A stretch of DNA of 64,000 nucleotides from a virus (taxonomy: Duplodnaviria > Caudoviricetes), in IMG/VR virus record IMGVR_UViG_3300031993_000010, positions 1 through 64,000 of that record. One strand, given 5' to 3'. A program made the translations under genes and the position numbers. Positions within the stretch are counted from its first letter, which is position 1. Each line of letters begins with the position of its first letter. The notes beneath the pieces are model-generated. The model saw only the letters and a program-made list of their open reading frames with translations, made no database searches and was not told the DNA's origin. Shown one piece after another: positions 49,561 through 58,963 of the stretch.

Positions 49561-50592
49561 GTGAACATTGAAGATGACATAAAGGATTTGGTTGAGGAAA
49601 CTCTCGGTGCGCCAAAAAGGGACTATGCGGGCAGTGGCAGTTGGTATGAGTTCGACTGCCCTAACTGTGCTGAGGAAAATTGTGGTGTTCCCGATGGTAA
49701 GCATAATCTTGCTGTCAACGTAGCGGTTGGTGAGACGTACTACCATTGTTGGCGTTGTGAGATGGCGGGAAGACTCTCCAAATTGTTTAAACGGTATGGT
49801 TCGCCTTCTATATATAAAAAATATAAGGAATTAATAAGTGAGTATAAGAACAGTCACCTTTATGAAATCGGAACAGGTGACGTTGTTATATCTGACGACC
49901 CCGATAAGCAGGAATCCCTTAATTTTCCAGAAAACTGTTCAAGTGTCTTTGATAATACCGAAGACGGAAACAAAGCGTTGGAATATCTTCACGAAAGGGG
50001 TGTAGATGATTTTTTAATCAGGAAACACAACATAAAATATGTGGGAAATATCCGTTCCAATAAGTATCGGAATATGATAATAGTACCTTCATATGACATG
50101 TTCGGTAATTTGAATTATTTCAGCGGAAGGGATTTTACAGGTAGAAAAGACTACAACAAGAAAAATCCAGATATAAGCAAAACGGAGATTGTTTTTGATG
50201 AGGGTTTGATAAATTGGTACGAGCCGATAACACTTGTTGAAGGTCCGTTTGACCATATTGTGGTTCCAAACTCGATTCCATTATTGGGGAAACCGATAGA
50301 TGAGGAATATGCGGTATATAAGGTCTTGAAAGAAAAGGCTAAGAGCACTGTCAATATCATGCTTGACAGCGATGCTCGTGAAAGTGCGTTAAAGGACTAT
50401 GTTGTGTTAAATAAAGGGTTGCTGTTTAACAGGATACGCATAATCGACTGCCCTGACGGTTATGACCCGTCGGACATGTACAGGGATTTCGGAAAGGGTG
50501 CCATTCTAAAACTTCTTGCATCCGCCAAGAAGGTTGATGACTATGATTTGATGAACCTGTCATTCAAAAAGAATGTTAAAAAATTAAAATAG
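49561..50592 (+). CDS. dnaG: DNA primase (DnaG/gp61-like)
   Basis: Zn finger CPNC...HCWRC, ALEYLHERGV, YFSGR, TOPRIM LVEGPFD, MLDSDA, YDPSD. Confidence 0.9.
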   Translation: MNIEDDIKDLVEETLGAPKRDYAGSGSWYEFDCPNCAEENCGVPDGKHNLAVNVAVGETYYHCWRCEMAGRLSKLFKRYGSPSIYKKYKELISEYKNSHLYEIGTGDVVISDDPDKQESLNFPENCSSVFDNTEDGNKALEYLHERGVDDFLIRKHNIKYVGNIRSNKYRNMIIVPSYDMFGNLNYFSGRDFTGRKDYNKKNPDISKTEIVFDEGLINWYEPITLVEGPFDHIVVPNSIPLLGKPIDEEYAVYKVLKEKAKSTVNIMLDSDARESALKDYVVLNKGLLFNRIRIIDCPDGYDPSDMYRDFGKGAILKLLASAKKVDDYDLMNLSFKKNVKKLK

Positions 50593-50617
50593 AATAATAT
50601 AACTTATAAAAAAGTAG

Positions 50618-50625
50618 TATATTTG
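50618..50625 (+). promoter_or_regulatory. TATATTTG -7 element 4 nt before ATG 50630
   Basis: TAGTATATTTG-cgtc-ATG. Confidence 0.65.
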
Positions 50626-50629
50626 CGTC

Positions 50630-50992
50630 ATGGTTGTAGAATTTGACATAACGAAACGTCTCTATGACGACCTGAAAGGTTGGTGTCAAGTCAATAATAT
50701 TGAACTCAATAAATACGTTTCATTAAAATTGAGGGAAGCCTTGACACTTGACAAATACGGTGACCTGAACGAAAAGGTGAAAAAAGTTCAGAAAAAACAG
50801 GAAAAGAAGAAAAAACCTGCAACTCCTGTGGCGGAAGAACTGATTCCTGTAGTACCAATGGCACCGCCAAATCCTGAGGTGACGTTTGCACCCGAGATAG
50901 AAAAAGTAACTGAATTAGAACCGAACACGGATAATAAGGAAGAAAAAGAAGTCAACACAGAAAAAAAACGTAGAACATTAAAAACAAAATAA
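50630..50992 (+). CDS. hypothetical protein (possible ribbon-helix-helix N-terminus)
   Basis: VEFDITKRLYDDLKGWC..NNIELNKYV...LREAL. Confidence 0.6.
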   Translation: MVVEFDITKRLYDDLKGWCQVNNIELNKYVSLKLREALTLDKYGDLNEKVKKVQKKQEKKKKPATPVAEELIPVVPMAPPNPEVTFAPEIEKVTELEPNTDNKEEKEVNTEKKRRTLKTK

Positions 50993-50993
50993 T

Positions 50994-53408
50994 ATGGTAG
51001 AAAACATCAAGCCCACCGACAAACTGCATTTTGTCCTCCACGCCAACCAAATTGACTATAACGAGGAAAAAATCAATTCACTGAAATCCGAAATAGCCCA
51101 AAAATACGGTGTTCCGTTGAGGAACGTCAAGGTTGAGTTCAAACCGTTGGTTTCGAACAATGACAAGGATGCGTCCATGACGGGGGATTTGATAGAGAAT
51201 CTGCAAGACCCTGCGTTCTTTTTGTTGCTATGTAAAGATTATCTTAACGCAAAGAAGATTGAGGATGTTGATTTCGAGTCAATAAAAACAATCGACCAAG
51301 AGGTCAATCAATATGTTGACTATAACCAATATTCCAAGCACAAAAGATACAAGTTCAAATATGTCAAATGGTCGAACTATCTTTCGTTCGGTCCTGACAA
51401 TTATTTCGATTTCACCAACCTGCATGGATTGGTGCTTTTGAACAGTAATCCCGGAAACCAAGGCGGCAAGACGACTTTCGCCATTAACCTTCTTCGTTTT
51501 GCGTTGTTCGGCAAGTCACCCAAATCCCCAAGTCTGAACTCGGTATTCAATAAGTTCACACCCGAGGCTACCAATGTCATTGTGGAGGTTGGTTTGGAAA
51601 TAGAGGGTGAGGATTATGTAATCAGGAGGACAGTCACAAGACCTGCATTGAACAGACGTACAGAAAAAAGCAAACCGAAACAGACTGTTGAGTATTTCAA
51701 GAAACTTAACGACGACAGTCTTGAACTGATTGAGAACTGTGAAGGTGAGAGTACACAGCAGACCAACAATATAATACGTGAGACTGTCGGCAATCCTGAC
51801 GACTTTGACTTGATTGTGTCGGCAACCAAGACAACGTTGGATGACCTTTTCCGTAAAGGAAAGACTGAGCAGGGGAGACTTTTTTCACGTTGGCTCGGGT
51901 TACTTTCGATTGAGGAGAAGGAGAGTGTGGCGAAAGACTTGTGGAAAAAGAACGTTTCACCGTCACTCCTTTCAAACAGGTACAACCGTGCAACCTTGGA
52001 GTTGGAGATAAAGGATTACGATACCTGTAACGACGACAATGAGAAATGTATCCTTGAAAACGAACGGAAAAAGGGTGAGATAAACGAAACGCTTGTCAAA
52101 CTTAACGGCAAGAAAGTTGACATATTGAAAAACCGAAAGGAGATAAAGGAAGAACTCCAAAAACTCGATGTCGCCACCATTGAGAATAATATTACAGCCA
52201 AAAACACCGAACTTGAACGTAAAAGAGGGGAATTCAAGGCACAGAAAGACGAATATGCCAAGGTCAAGGACGCAGTTTTTGATGAAAGCCTTTATAACGA
52301 GACACGTGCCAAAATAAAGGAATTGGAGGGCGAAAAACAGGAGTTTGAAAGGAAAAACGCCGTGCTGAAGGAAAAGATAAGGAACATTGACGCTGAAATC
52401 AAGAAAGTCCAAGACCTTATACAGAAAGGCATCTGTCCGAACTGTTCCCAAAAAATCGATGCGCAATTACAGAACGGAATAATAGACGAATATGTGCTTG
52501 AGAAAAATAGGCTCATCACCATTGGAGTTACCAACAAAGACAAAATCACTGAATTAACAAATAAAATAAGTGATTTGAATGAGAAAGTGAAGGAAATGGA
52601 GGAATCGCGTGAGAAGGTTCACAAGGAACACAATTTGAGAGCGACATTGTCGGCAATACATTCCAATATCGAGGTTTTGAAGATGGAAGTGGAGAAACTT
52701 GAGGGGCAGAAAAGGGATGTTGAAACCAATAAGGACAATATTGAATACAATAATCGGATAGACAATCAAATTCGTCTTGTTGATGACGAGATACGTGAGA
52801 ATGACAGGTTGAAGGAATCATATATAATGAACATACAGACTTGTAAGAACAACATACAGTCCAATAAGAAGTCGATTGACGAAAGAAGGGAGATAATAGC
52901 CAAACTCTTGGAAGAGGAAAAGACTATACGCAATTGGAATGTCTATCAGGAACTTGTTGGCAAGAACGGTGTCATAAAGGTTGTGTTAAAAAGAGCGTTG
53001 CCGTTGCTGAACAACGAGATAAAGAGGATACTTGACGGCATCTGTGATTTTGACATCGTCCTTGAAATTGACGACAAGAACGAAATATCAATAAACATGG
53101 TGACGGACGGCAACAGCATGCTTGTCGATGTGAGTTCTTCAGGGTTTGAGACTACATTTGCTGCCTTGGCAGTAAGAAGTGCGTTGGCGAATATCAGTTC
53201 TATAACAAAGGTAAATTGCTTAACGTTGGATGAAATTGACAGTACCGTTAACCCCGAAAACTATGACAACCTCAGGGAACTGTACAGCCGTATACTTGGT
53301 CAGTATCAGTACATTTTCCACATTTGCCATACAGCGGAACTTGAGGATATGCATGATATGGTTATCACAATAAGCAAGAAAGACCATATTTCTTCAATAG
53401 AAATTTAA
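50994..53408 (+). CDS. sbcC: Rad50/SbcC (gp46-like) ATPase with N-terminal extension
   Basis: WSNYLSFG, NQGGKTT, coiled coils with CPNC zinc hook, SSGFE signature, LDEID Walker B, ICH. Confidence 0.9.
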   Translation: MVENIKPTDKLHFVLHANQIDYNEEKINSLKSEIAQKYGVPLRNVKVEFKPLVSNNDKDASMTGDLIENLQDPAFFLLLCKDYLNAKKIEDVDFESIKTIDQEVNQYVDYNQYSKHKRYKFKYVKWSNYLSFGPDNYFDFTNLHGLVLLNSNPGNQGGKTTFAINLLRFALFGKSPKSPSLNSVFNKFTPEATNVIVEVGLEIEGEDYVIRRTVTRPALNRRTEKSKPKQTVEYFKKLNDDSLELIENCEGESTQQTNNIIRETVGNPDDFDLIVSATKTTLDDLFRKGKTEQGRLFSRWLGLLSIEEKESVAKDLWKKNVSPSLLSNRYNRATLELEIKDYDTCNDDNEKCILENERKKGEINETLVKLNGKKVDILKNRKEIKEELQKLDVATIENNITAKNTELERKRGEFKAQKDEYAKVKDAVFDESLYNETRAKIKELEGEKQEFERKNAVLKEKIRNIDAEIKKVQDLIQKGICPNCSQKIDAQLQNGIIDEYVLEKNRLITIGVTNKDKITELTNKISDLNEKVKEMEESREKVHKEHNLRATLSAIHSNIEVLKMEVEKLEGQKRDVETNKDNIEYNNRIDNQIRLVDDEIRENDRLKESYIMNIQTCKNNIQSNKKSIDERREIIAKLLEEEKTIRNWNVYQELVGKNGVIKVVLKRALPLLNNEIKRILDGICDFDIVLEIDDKNEISINMVTDGNSMLVDVSSSGFETTFAALAVRSALANISSITKVNCLTLDEIDSTVNPENYDNLRELYSRILGQYQYIFHICHTAELEDMHDMVITISKKDHISSIEI

Positions 53409-53440
53409 CATTTTTTTACAAAAAGTCGTTTTATTTCTTA

Positions 53441-53458
53441 AAAAATAGTATATTTATA
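53441..53458 (+). promoter_or_regulatory. hybrid promoter AAAAATAGTATATTTATA upstream of the sigma gene
   Basis: Combines both recurrent motifs. Confidence 0.6.
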
Positions 53459-53511
53459 ATATCCAATGAGTACTACAACTCACTTAATATTAGATGTCTA
53501 ACTTTTAATAA

Positions 53512-54213
53512 ATGAAACGCAATGATTTTGAGAATGTTGATACAATCGGGCTTTATTTCAAAGACATAAAACACACTAAGAGTCTGTCTCGTGAGAAGGA
53601 AAAGGAATTAGCCCAAAAAATAAAAGAAGGTGATAAAGATGCACTAAACGCACTTGTTGAAGCAAATTTGAAATTTGTTGTCACGGTCGCCAAACAGTAT
53701 GCCAATTCAGGGGTTCCTATGTCTGAGTTAATCTCGGAAGGGAACCTTGCTTTATATAGGGCTGCGGAAAAGTTCGACCCTTCAATGAACAAAAAGTTCA
53801 TAACATATGCTGTTTGGTGGATACGCTCTTACATGAAGGATTGCATAAAGCAATATAATGGTAACGGTGAGGAGTTTGCCACTGACGATTACACAATGGC
53901 ACAAATCGAGGAAAACGATTCAAGTTTCAGGGGAGAGACCATCAATACTGATTTTGAGGAAAAAATCACTGATATACAGAGTAGGGGGATGGCGATAGAT
54001 GACCTGACTTCTTGCCTGCAGGAACGTGAACTGAAAATACTTTCATTATATTATGGGTTGTATGGCAACAAGGAAATGACATTGAAGGAGATAAGTGATG
54101 AAATGAACATGTCGAGCGAAAGGGTCAGACAAATAGTGAACACCTCGATTGTCAAACTCAAGGCCAACGTTTTGGCAAGTGATAATTTCGAGGAATACAA
54201 AGATTTGTGTTAA
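53512..54213 (+). CDS. RNA polymerase sigma-70 family factor (Bacteroidota primary-sigma-like, short)
   Basis: ELAQKIKEGD..AL..LVEANLKFVVTVAKQY, LISEGN, AAEKFD, FITYAVWWIR, region 4 MTLKEI....SSERVRQI. Confidence 0.92.
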   Translation: MKRNDFENVDTIGLYFKDIKHTKSLSREKEKELAQKIKEGDKDALNALVEANLKFVVTVAKQYANSGVPMSELISEGNLALYRAAEKFDPSMNKKFITYAVWWIRSYMKDCIKQYNGNGEEFATDDYTMAQIEENDSSFRGETINTDFEEKITDIQSRGMAIDDLTSCLQERELKILSLYYGLYGNKEMTLKEISDEMNMSSERVRQIVNTSIVKLKANVLASDNFEEYKDLC

Positions 54214-54215
54214 GT

Positions 54216-54225
54216 GATATTTATA
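54216..54225 (+). promoter_or_regulatory. putative late-type promoter GATATTTATA
   Basis: Recurrent motif upstream of 54253. Confidence 0.55.
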
Positions 54226-54252
54226 GATAATAAAAGAAAAAAATACATAGTT

Positions 54253-54669
54253 ATGGCAGAGAAAAAAACTACAACTGCAAAGAAGACGACAAAGAAAAGC
54301 ACAAGTAAGTCAAAGACAGCCAAAAAACCCAAGGTAACCGCTGCAATTGAAGAGACTGTAGCCCCCGTGGAAGAAGTTATCAATGAAACTGTAACAGTGG
54401 CAGACGAAAAGGTTATTGAAGAAGTTCCTGAAATGCAAGAAGAAACCCCTTCTATGGTAGAACAAGAAACTGTAGAGGTTAAGGAATCCGAGATTCCTAC
54501 CGTAGAACCTGTCAAGGAAGAAGTTGCCGAGGATGATGAGGATGATGGCATCGAGATTATAAAGGACAAAACCGACAAACCCGAGAAAAAGCCTATAACC
54601 CCCAAGCCGCAACCGAACAGAAAATACAGGACGACCAATCAAATAATGGGTATAATTTACGAATACTAA
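54253..54669 (+). CDS. Lys/Thr-rich then Glu-rich hypothetical protein
   Basis: Start MAEKKTT; architecture similar to 2399. Confidence 0.65.
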   Translation: MAEKKTTTAKKTTKKSTSKSKTAKKPKVTAAIEETVAPVEEVINETVTVADEKVIEEVPEMQEETPSMVEQETVEVKESEIPTVEPVKEEVAEDDEDDGIEIIKDKTDKPEKKPITPKPQPNRKYRTTNQIMGIIYEY

Positions 54670-54673
54670 GACC

Positions 54674-55171
54674 ATGGCAAGAGATTATATAAGAGAAGGT
54701 CTTAACAGACTGCGTGACATTTATTCCTCTTCACTTAACGAGGAAGATAATATGGGCATGTCCGACACCAATGAGGTGTCCGATGAGGCTGTGCCATACA
54801 CCAAAAACGACGACATTCTCAATTCAAGTTTACAGACATGCACTGAGTTGTTCGGGGCAAGTTTCACCAAGACAAAGAACCCGATGCTGTATTATACAAA
54901 GTCGAAGGATGTGACGCTGACAGGCGAAATTCCTGACCTTGAAAATGCAAAGTTTGAGTTCAAGTTGCTTGACGGATGCTATCTGTGGGCTGACAAGTTG
55001 GAACTTAACGAAAAGCACATGAAGACACTCAACGTGATATGGGGTGCGTATCAGAATTGGCAGTCCGAATTGAGCAAGATGACCGATAAGGTGCCGATGT
55101 CCATAAGGGGCGACGGTTCAAATGAACAACTGAATGAAAGGGTCATTCACCGTGGTGATGATATTGATTGA
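54674..55171 (+). CDS. hypothetical protein (IRE/LNE motifs)
   Basis: 165-aa ORF. Confidence 0.7.
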   Translation: MARDYIREGLNRLRDIYSSSLNEEDNMGMSDTNEVSDEAVPYTKNDDILNSSLQTCTELFGASFTKTKNPMLYYTKSKDVTLTGEIPDLENAKFEFKLLDGCYLWADKLELNEKHMKTLNVIWGAYQNWQSELSKMTDKVPMSIRGDGSNEQLNERVIHRGDDID

Positions 55172-55199
55172 AATATTGGAATTTGTTTTACCCATATGT

Positions 55200-55224
55200 A
55201 GGCGGCGTTTTGCCGCCTTTTTTT
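55200..55224 (+). terminator. rho-independent terminator
   Basis: aggcggc-gtttt-gccgcct-tttttt. Confidence 0.85.
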
Positions 55225-55264
55225 ATGTTTGAAAACTATTTATATTATATATAAACACATTATT

Positions 55265-55660
55265 ATGGAAAGACACGATTCACCTTTTATAGAAGTTAAA
55301 TTGCCACAGAACATTGTTGATGACGAAGAGAAGTGCCAAGATGTTGTTTCGGCTATACGCAATGCAATGCGTGAGGTAGGATATGTATATTATAACAATG
55401 ATGGTGGAAAATTGTTCCGCTATGCGCCGATGACGCCACCTGTTGAGTATCATTTTGTCAATGAGGTGCGTAATGCCTTGAAAGAAGAACTCAGTAGGGG
55501 TGAGGTAAGGGCAATGATAAGCAGCGAATTGGACGACTATACGAAAAACGCAAAGTTAAAGAAAGCAGTCAAGAATATTGCTGCTGATGTATTGGAAGAA
55601 TTTCTTGACAGTCTGTGGAAAAGAAAGTCATTCTGGAAGGGCACAATAAACAGAAATTAA
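55265..55660 (+). CDS. hypothetical protein
   Basis: ATG 55265 downstream of CTATTTATA (55236). Confidence 0.65.
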   Translation: MERHDSPFIEVKLPQNIVDDEEKCQDVVSAIRNAMREVGYVYYNNDGGKLFRYAPMTPPVEYHFVNEVRNALKEELSRGEVRAMISSELDDYTKNAKLKKAVKNIAADVLEEFLDSLWKRKSFWKGTINRN

Positions 55661-55672
55661 ACCAATTTAGTT

Positions 55673-58600
55673 ATGAAATCGGAATCAAGTGCAACATATA
55701 TTTTCTCCAAGGGTAAAGACGGTGTTTGGGCTGTGCTTGCGGCACGTCGTAAGGATAAGGGTGACGATGACTTCGGCGGATTGTGGAATGTACCTATAGG
55801 GGGTCGGGAAAAGGATGAAACCACGCTTGACACTGCCGTTAGGGAAACAAAGGAAGAATCGGGGATTGAAATACCGAAATCCGATTTCATTTCCGTTGGC
55901 GATTCTTGTTATTTCGAGAATGGTGAGAAACATATGTTTTCCAATTTTGTTGTAATAATGAAGGAGAAAGTTAATCCTGGTAAGGGTGACGGCGAAAACA
56001 GCAAGTTCAAATGGATACCGATGGCAGAGATTGACAAGCATAAGTGGGCATTTGGAATGGACAACACTGTTGCCAATGTTTTTGACTTTGTTGTAAAGGC
56101 AATTGAAAAAAGTGGAAAGGAACAACTTAACGAATACCTTGACAAGAATTATATGATGCCGTTGAAACAGTTCATGAATATGACGGACGAGGAAAAGGCT
56201 TGGGAATGTGCGGGCAGGTGTCCATGGCTGCTTACAGATTTCATTGAATCGTCTGAAATGGGTGAAAAGGTGGATGAACTTATAGAGAAGGGGGAATTGC
56301 CTAATGACTTGTTTGATTTGGAGAGTTATGAAATAGCCGAATATATTGGTCCGTTATTCAAAACCACGTTTTCGAAATATGCCGAAGATTTTGTCCAATA
56401 TGTTTACCGATACGGGGACACCGATGTTCCATTGTTTTGTGCGGCGGACTTTGTGAAAGAAATACACAACGAATGGCTTGTCCACATGACGGATAATCTA
56501 AGGGGTGTGAACCATGAAGGGTTCAGTTATGGCGTTGAAATGGAAGACCTTGCATATACCCCTGGTAGAGGCACAATAAAATACAAGTACGGTCCGGGAT
56601 ACAATTTTGCATTTGAGGCTGATGATGCCGATACCGCTGAAGGAAGTGGCTATGGCAAATATTGCATTTTATTTCAGGCGAGTGGTGTTGAGATATACCA
56701 TTATGGAGACGAACAGCATCAAGTCATATTCTATGGTCCGTCAGCAAAGAACCTTATATTCATAGTTCGTGCCGATGATTATAGTGACTATTCAGGTATG
56801 TGGTGTGTATTGGATGAAAAGGCAAGCGGATATGACAAATACCTGTGTCATTTCGACCGTCTTCAAGATGCTGTTTATTGGGCAATTAAAAACTTCCCGC
56901 AATACATGAGTCGTTTTATTGGAAAATCACAACAGAAAAATTTTGAGAGGAACAGGAATAAACCAAAAGAACAGAGATGGTGGCTTTCTGAGAACAAGGG
57001 TAGGACAATTGTATTGACTGAGAGTCAATTAAAATTAATAAACGAGAAGATGGACGTGTCACCTGACAAGTTCAATTCAAATATACGCTATTTTCTTCAT
57101 CAGTTGATTTCAGACCCTGTCAACGCACAACCCCCGACAGCACTGAAAGCTGTGGGTATAACACGTTCCAAACTCATCAACCTTTTAATAAAAAGAGGAA
57201 TAATAGAGAAACACGAGAAATTGAACGACAAGGATAAAGACGGTAATTTCAAGACCGCAACCATGAAAGTGTCGTTCACTGTCAAGGACAAGGTACCCGA
57301 TGAACTTGAATATAGGGTTCCCAAGAATGACTTCGACAGGAAGATAGAGAAATTGAGAAGAGAGATATTTGAGAAGAATGTTCCGACCAAAGCTGCTGAG
57401 GTGTACAACCGACAGTTGAGCGAGGATGGTGAAGGAATGGGCGGCGCTACGTCAGCAGCATCATCAGGGGCGTTTATTCAGCCAATAGGCGTTGCCATCG
57501 GGAGAAAGATAGATGAAGAAGTTGACGAATTGGAAGCAAAACATTCTTCAGGTGCAGATTTTGATAAATTCGATTCTGAGTACATGGGCAAAGGATGTGG
57601 TTCACAAGTATATGGTTGGGGGTATTATGTGACAACCGATAAGGAAACTGCAAAAGGATATGAAGATTATTTCAAAGATAATCCAACATACAAGATAGGT
57701 AGTACAAAAAGTGGTTCTTACACATATACCGTTGAAATCCCCGATGATAACGACGGCAATTATATCCTGTGGGACGGAAAACCTTTGGACAAGATTCCGT
57801 TCAGTAAAAATTTTGAGACATTTGGTGAACAGTACCAAAAACTTGCAAGTCTGACTAGTCCTAAGGAAGTCAGCATGATGCTGTCGAACATGGGTTATAC
57901 AGGGATAAAAACCACCCCGTTCAGAAATCAGAAAAAAACGGACGACCATCTCAATTTCAGCAGTGGTGCAAATTATGTTGTGTTTAAGGATGACGATTTG
58001 AAGATTCTGAAAAAGAAAGCACACACCAAGAAAGCAGATAAATACGGAGACTGGTATGTAATAGAGGATAGAGGTGGAATAGGTAATTTGTATAACCCTT
58101 CAACGAACCATTATTTTTTCGGTACTGAAGATAAATCCACATGGCCGCACGTACACCGTTTTTCAGATGAACCGAACATAGTAGGTATAACATTCCAAAA
58201 CCCTGACGGAGTGGCAGCAAATTTCATAGATGTTAAATCGATGAAATTGTTTTATCCCGAAACTGATGTGGAAAAGTGGCCATCTATGGTGACACTTCCG
58301 TTTGCATCTAATGCTAAATTTTACATAGTAAGGGATGATAACACAGCAAAGGTAATTCCTCTTGAACGTTTTACAAAAACCCCATTGTTTGGTAATTTTA
58401 ATGATGTCTCAACATGGGCGGATGACTACGGTAGCACGTCTGATGGGAAATTTACGGATTTCGAGATGGAAGATGGGTCACATATACACATGGACAAGAA
58501 CGGAAAGATAATTAATGGTGCTACAGGAAAAGAGGAAATGTCCAAACCCTTGCTCGAAAAGAAAAAGACGATAATTGTTACAGAGGAACAGATGGAGAAA

Positions 58601-58735
58601 ATCAGAGAGGTAACAACAACCGTGTCAGTAGGTGATTATCAATACGATGTTCCGTTAGGTGTTGATAATGAGGATGAAACAATGCAACGTCATAACGGTG
58701 AGGGTGGTTCGGTGTCAATAAATCACGTAAAATAA
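55673..58735 (+). CDS. multidomain polyvalent protein: NUDIX hydrolase + ART-like + unknown + ART-PolyVal-like + repeat domain
   Basis: NUDIX box GGREKDETTLDTAVRETKEESGI; WLVHMTD..GFSYG; HSSGADFDKFD..YMG.G.G.QVYGWGYYVT...GYTGI...NYVVF. Confidence 0.8.
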   Translation: MKSESSATYIFSKGKDGVWAVLAARRKDKGDDDFGGLWNVPIGGREKDETTLDTAVRETKEESGIEIPKSDFISVGDSCYFENGEKHMFSNFVVIMKEKVNPGKGDGENSKFKWIPMAEIDKHKWAFGMDNTVANVFDFVVKAIEKSGKEQLNEYLDKNYMMPLKQFMNMTDEEKAWECAGRCPWLLTDFIESSEMGEKVDELIEKGELPNDLFDLESYEIAEYIGPLFKTTFSKYAEDFVQYVYRYGDTDVPLFCAADFVKEIHNEWLVHMTDNLRGVNHEGFSYGVEMEDLAYTPGRGTIKYKYGPGYNFAFEADDADTAEGSGYGKYCILFQASGVEIYHYGDEQHQVIFYGPSAKNLIFIVRADDYSDYSGMWCVLDEKASGYDKYLCHFDRLQDAVYWAIKNFPQYMSRFIGKSQQKNFERNRNKPKEQRWWLSENKGRTIVLTESQLKLINEKMDVSPDKFNSNIRYFLHQLISDPVNAQPPTALKAVGITRSKLINLLIKRGIIEKHEKLNDKDKDGNFKTATMKVSFTVKDKVPDELEYRVPKNDFDRKIEKLRREIFEKNVPTKAAEVYNRQLSEDGEGMGGATSAASSGAFIQPIGVAIGRKIDEEVDELEAKHSSGADFDKFDSEYMGKGCGSQVYGWGYYVTTDKETAKGYEDYFKDNPTYKIGSTKSGSYTYTVEIPDDNDGNYILWDGKPLDKIPFSKNFETFGEQYQKLASLTSPKEVSMMLSNMGYTGIKTTPFRNQKKTDDHLNFSSGANYVVFKDDDLKILKKKAHTKKADKYGDWYVIEDRGGIGNLYNPSTNHYFFGTEDKSTWPHVHRFSDEPNIVGITFQNPDGVAANFIDVKSMKLFYPETDVEKWPSMVTLPFASNAKFYIVRDDNTAKVIPLERFTKTPLFGNFNDVSTWADDYGSTSDGKFTDFEMEDGSHIHMDKNGKIINGATGKEEMSKPLLEKKKTIIVTEEQMEKIREVTTTVSVGDYQYDVPLGVDNEDETMQRHNGEGGSVSINHVK

Positions 58736-58759
58736 TTAAAATCAATTTACAATTTCATT

Positions 58760-58951
58760 ATGCAAGATATTTATATGTTAAAAGAGTTCGACCATAGCGA
58801 GATTTTGAACAATATCGACAAGTTGAAGGACGAGATAAACGAGGAAAGAGGCAAAGATGACAGTGAGTATGATGCCGAGAAGGAGTTCAAACTGATGTAC
58901 AGGCAGTTTATGGAAGGCTTGAAACTTAACACAGGAATAAGATTATTTTAA
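58760..58951 (+). CDS. small hypothetical protein
   Basis: 63 aa; start may be ATG 58775. Confidence 0.55.
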   Translation: MQDIYMLKEFDHSEILNNIDKLKDEINEERGKDDSEYDAEKEFKLMYRQFMEGLKLNTGIRLF

Positions 58952-58963
58952 ACATAAACAAAA

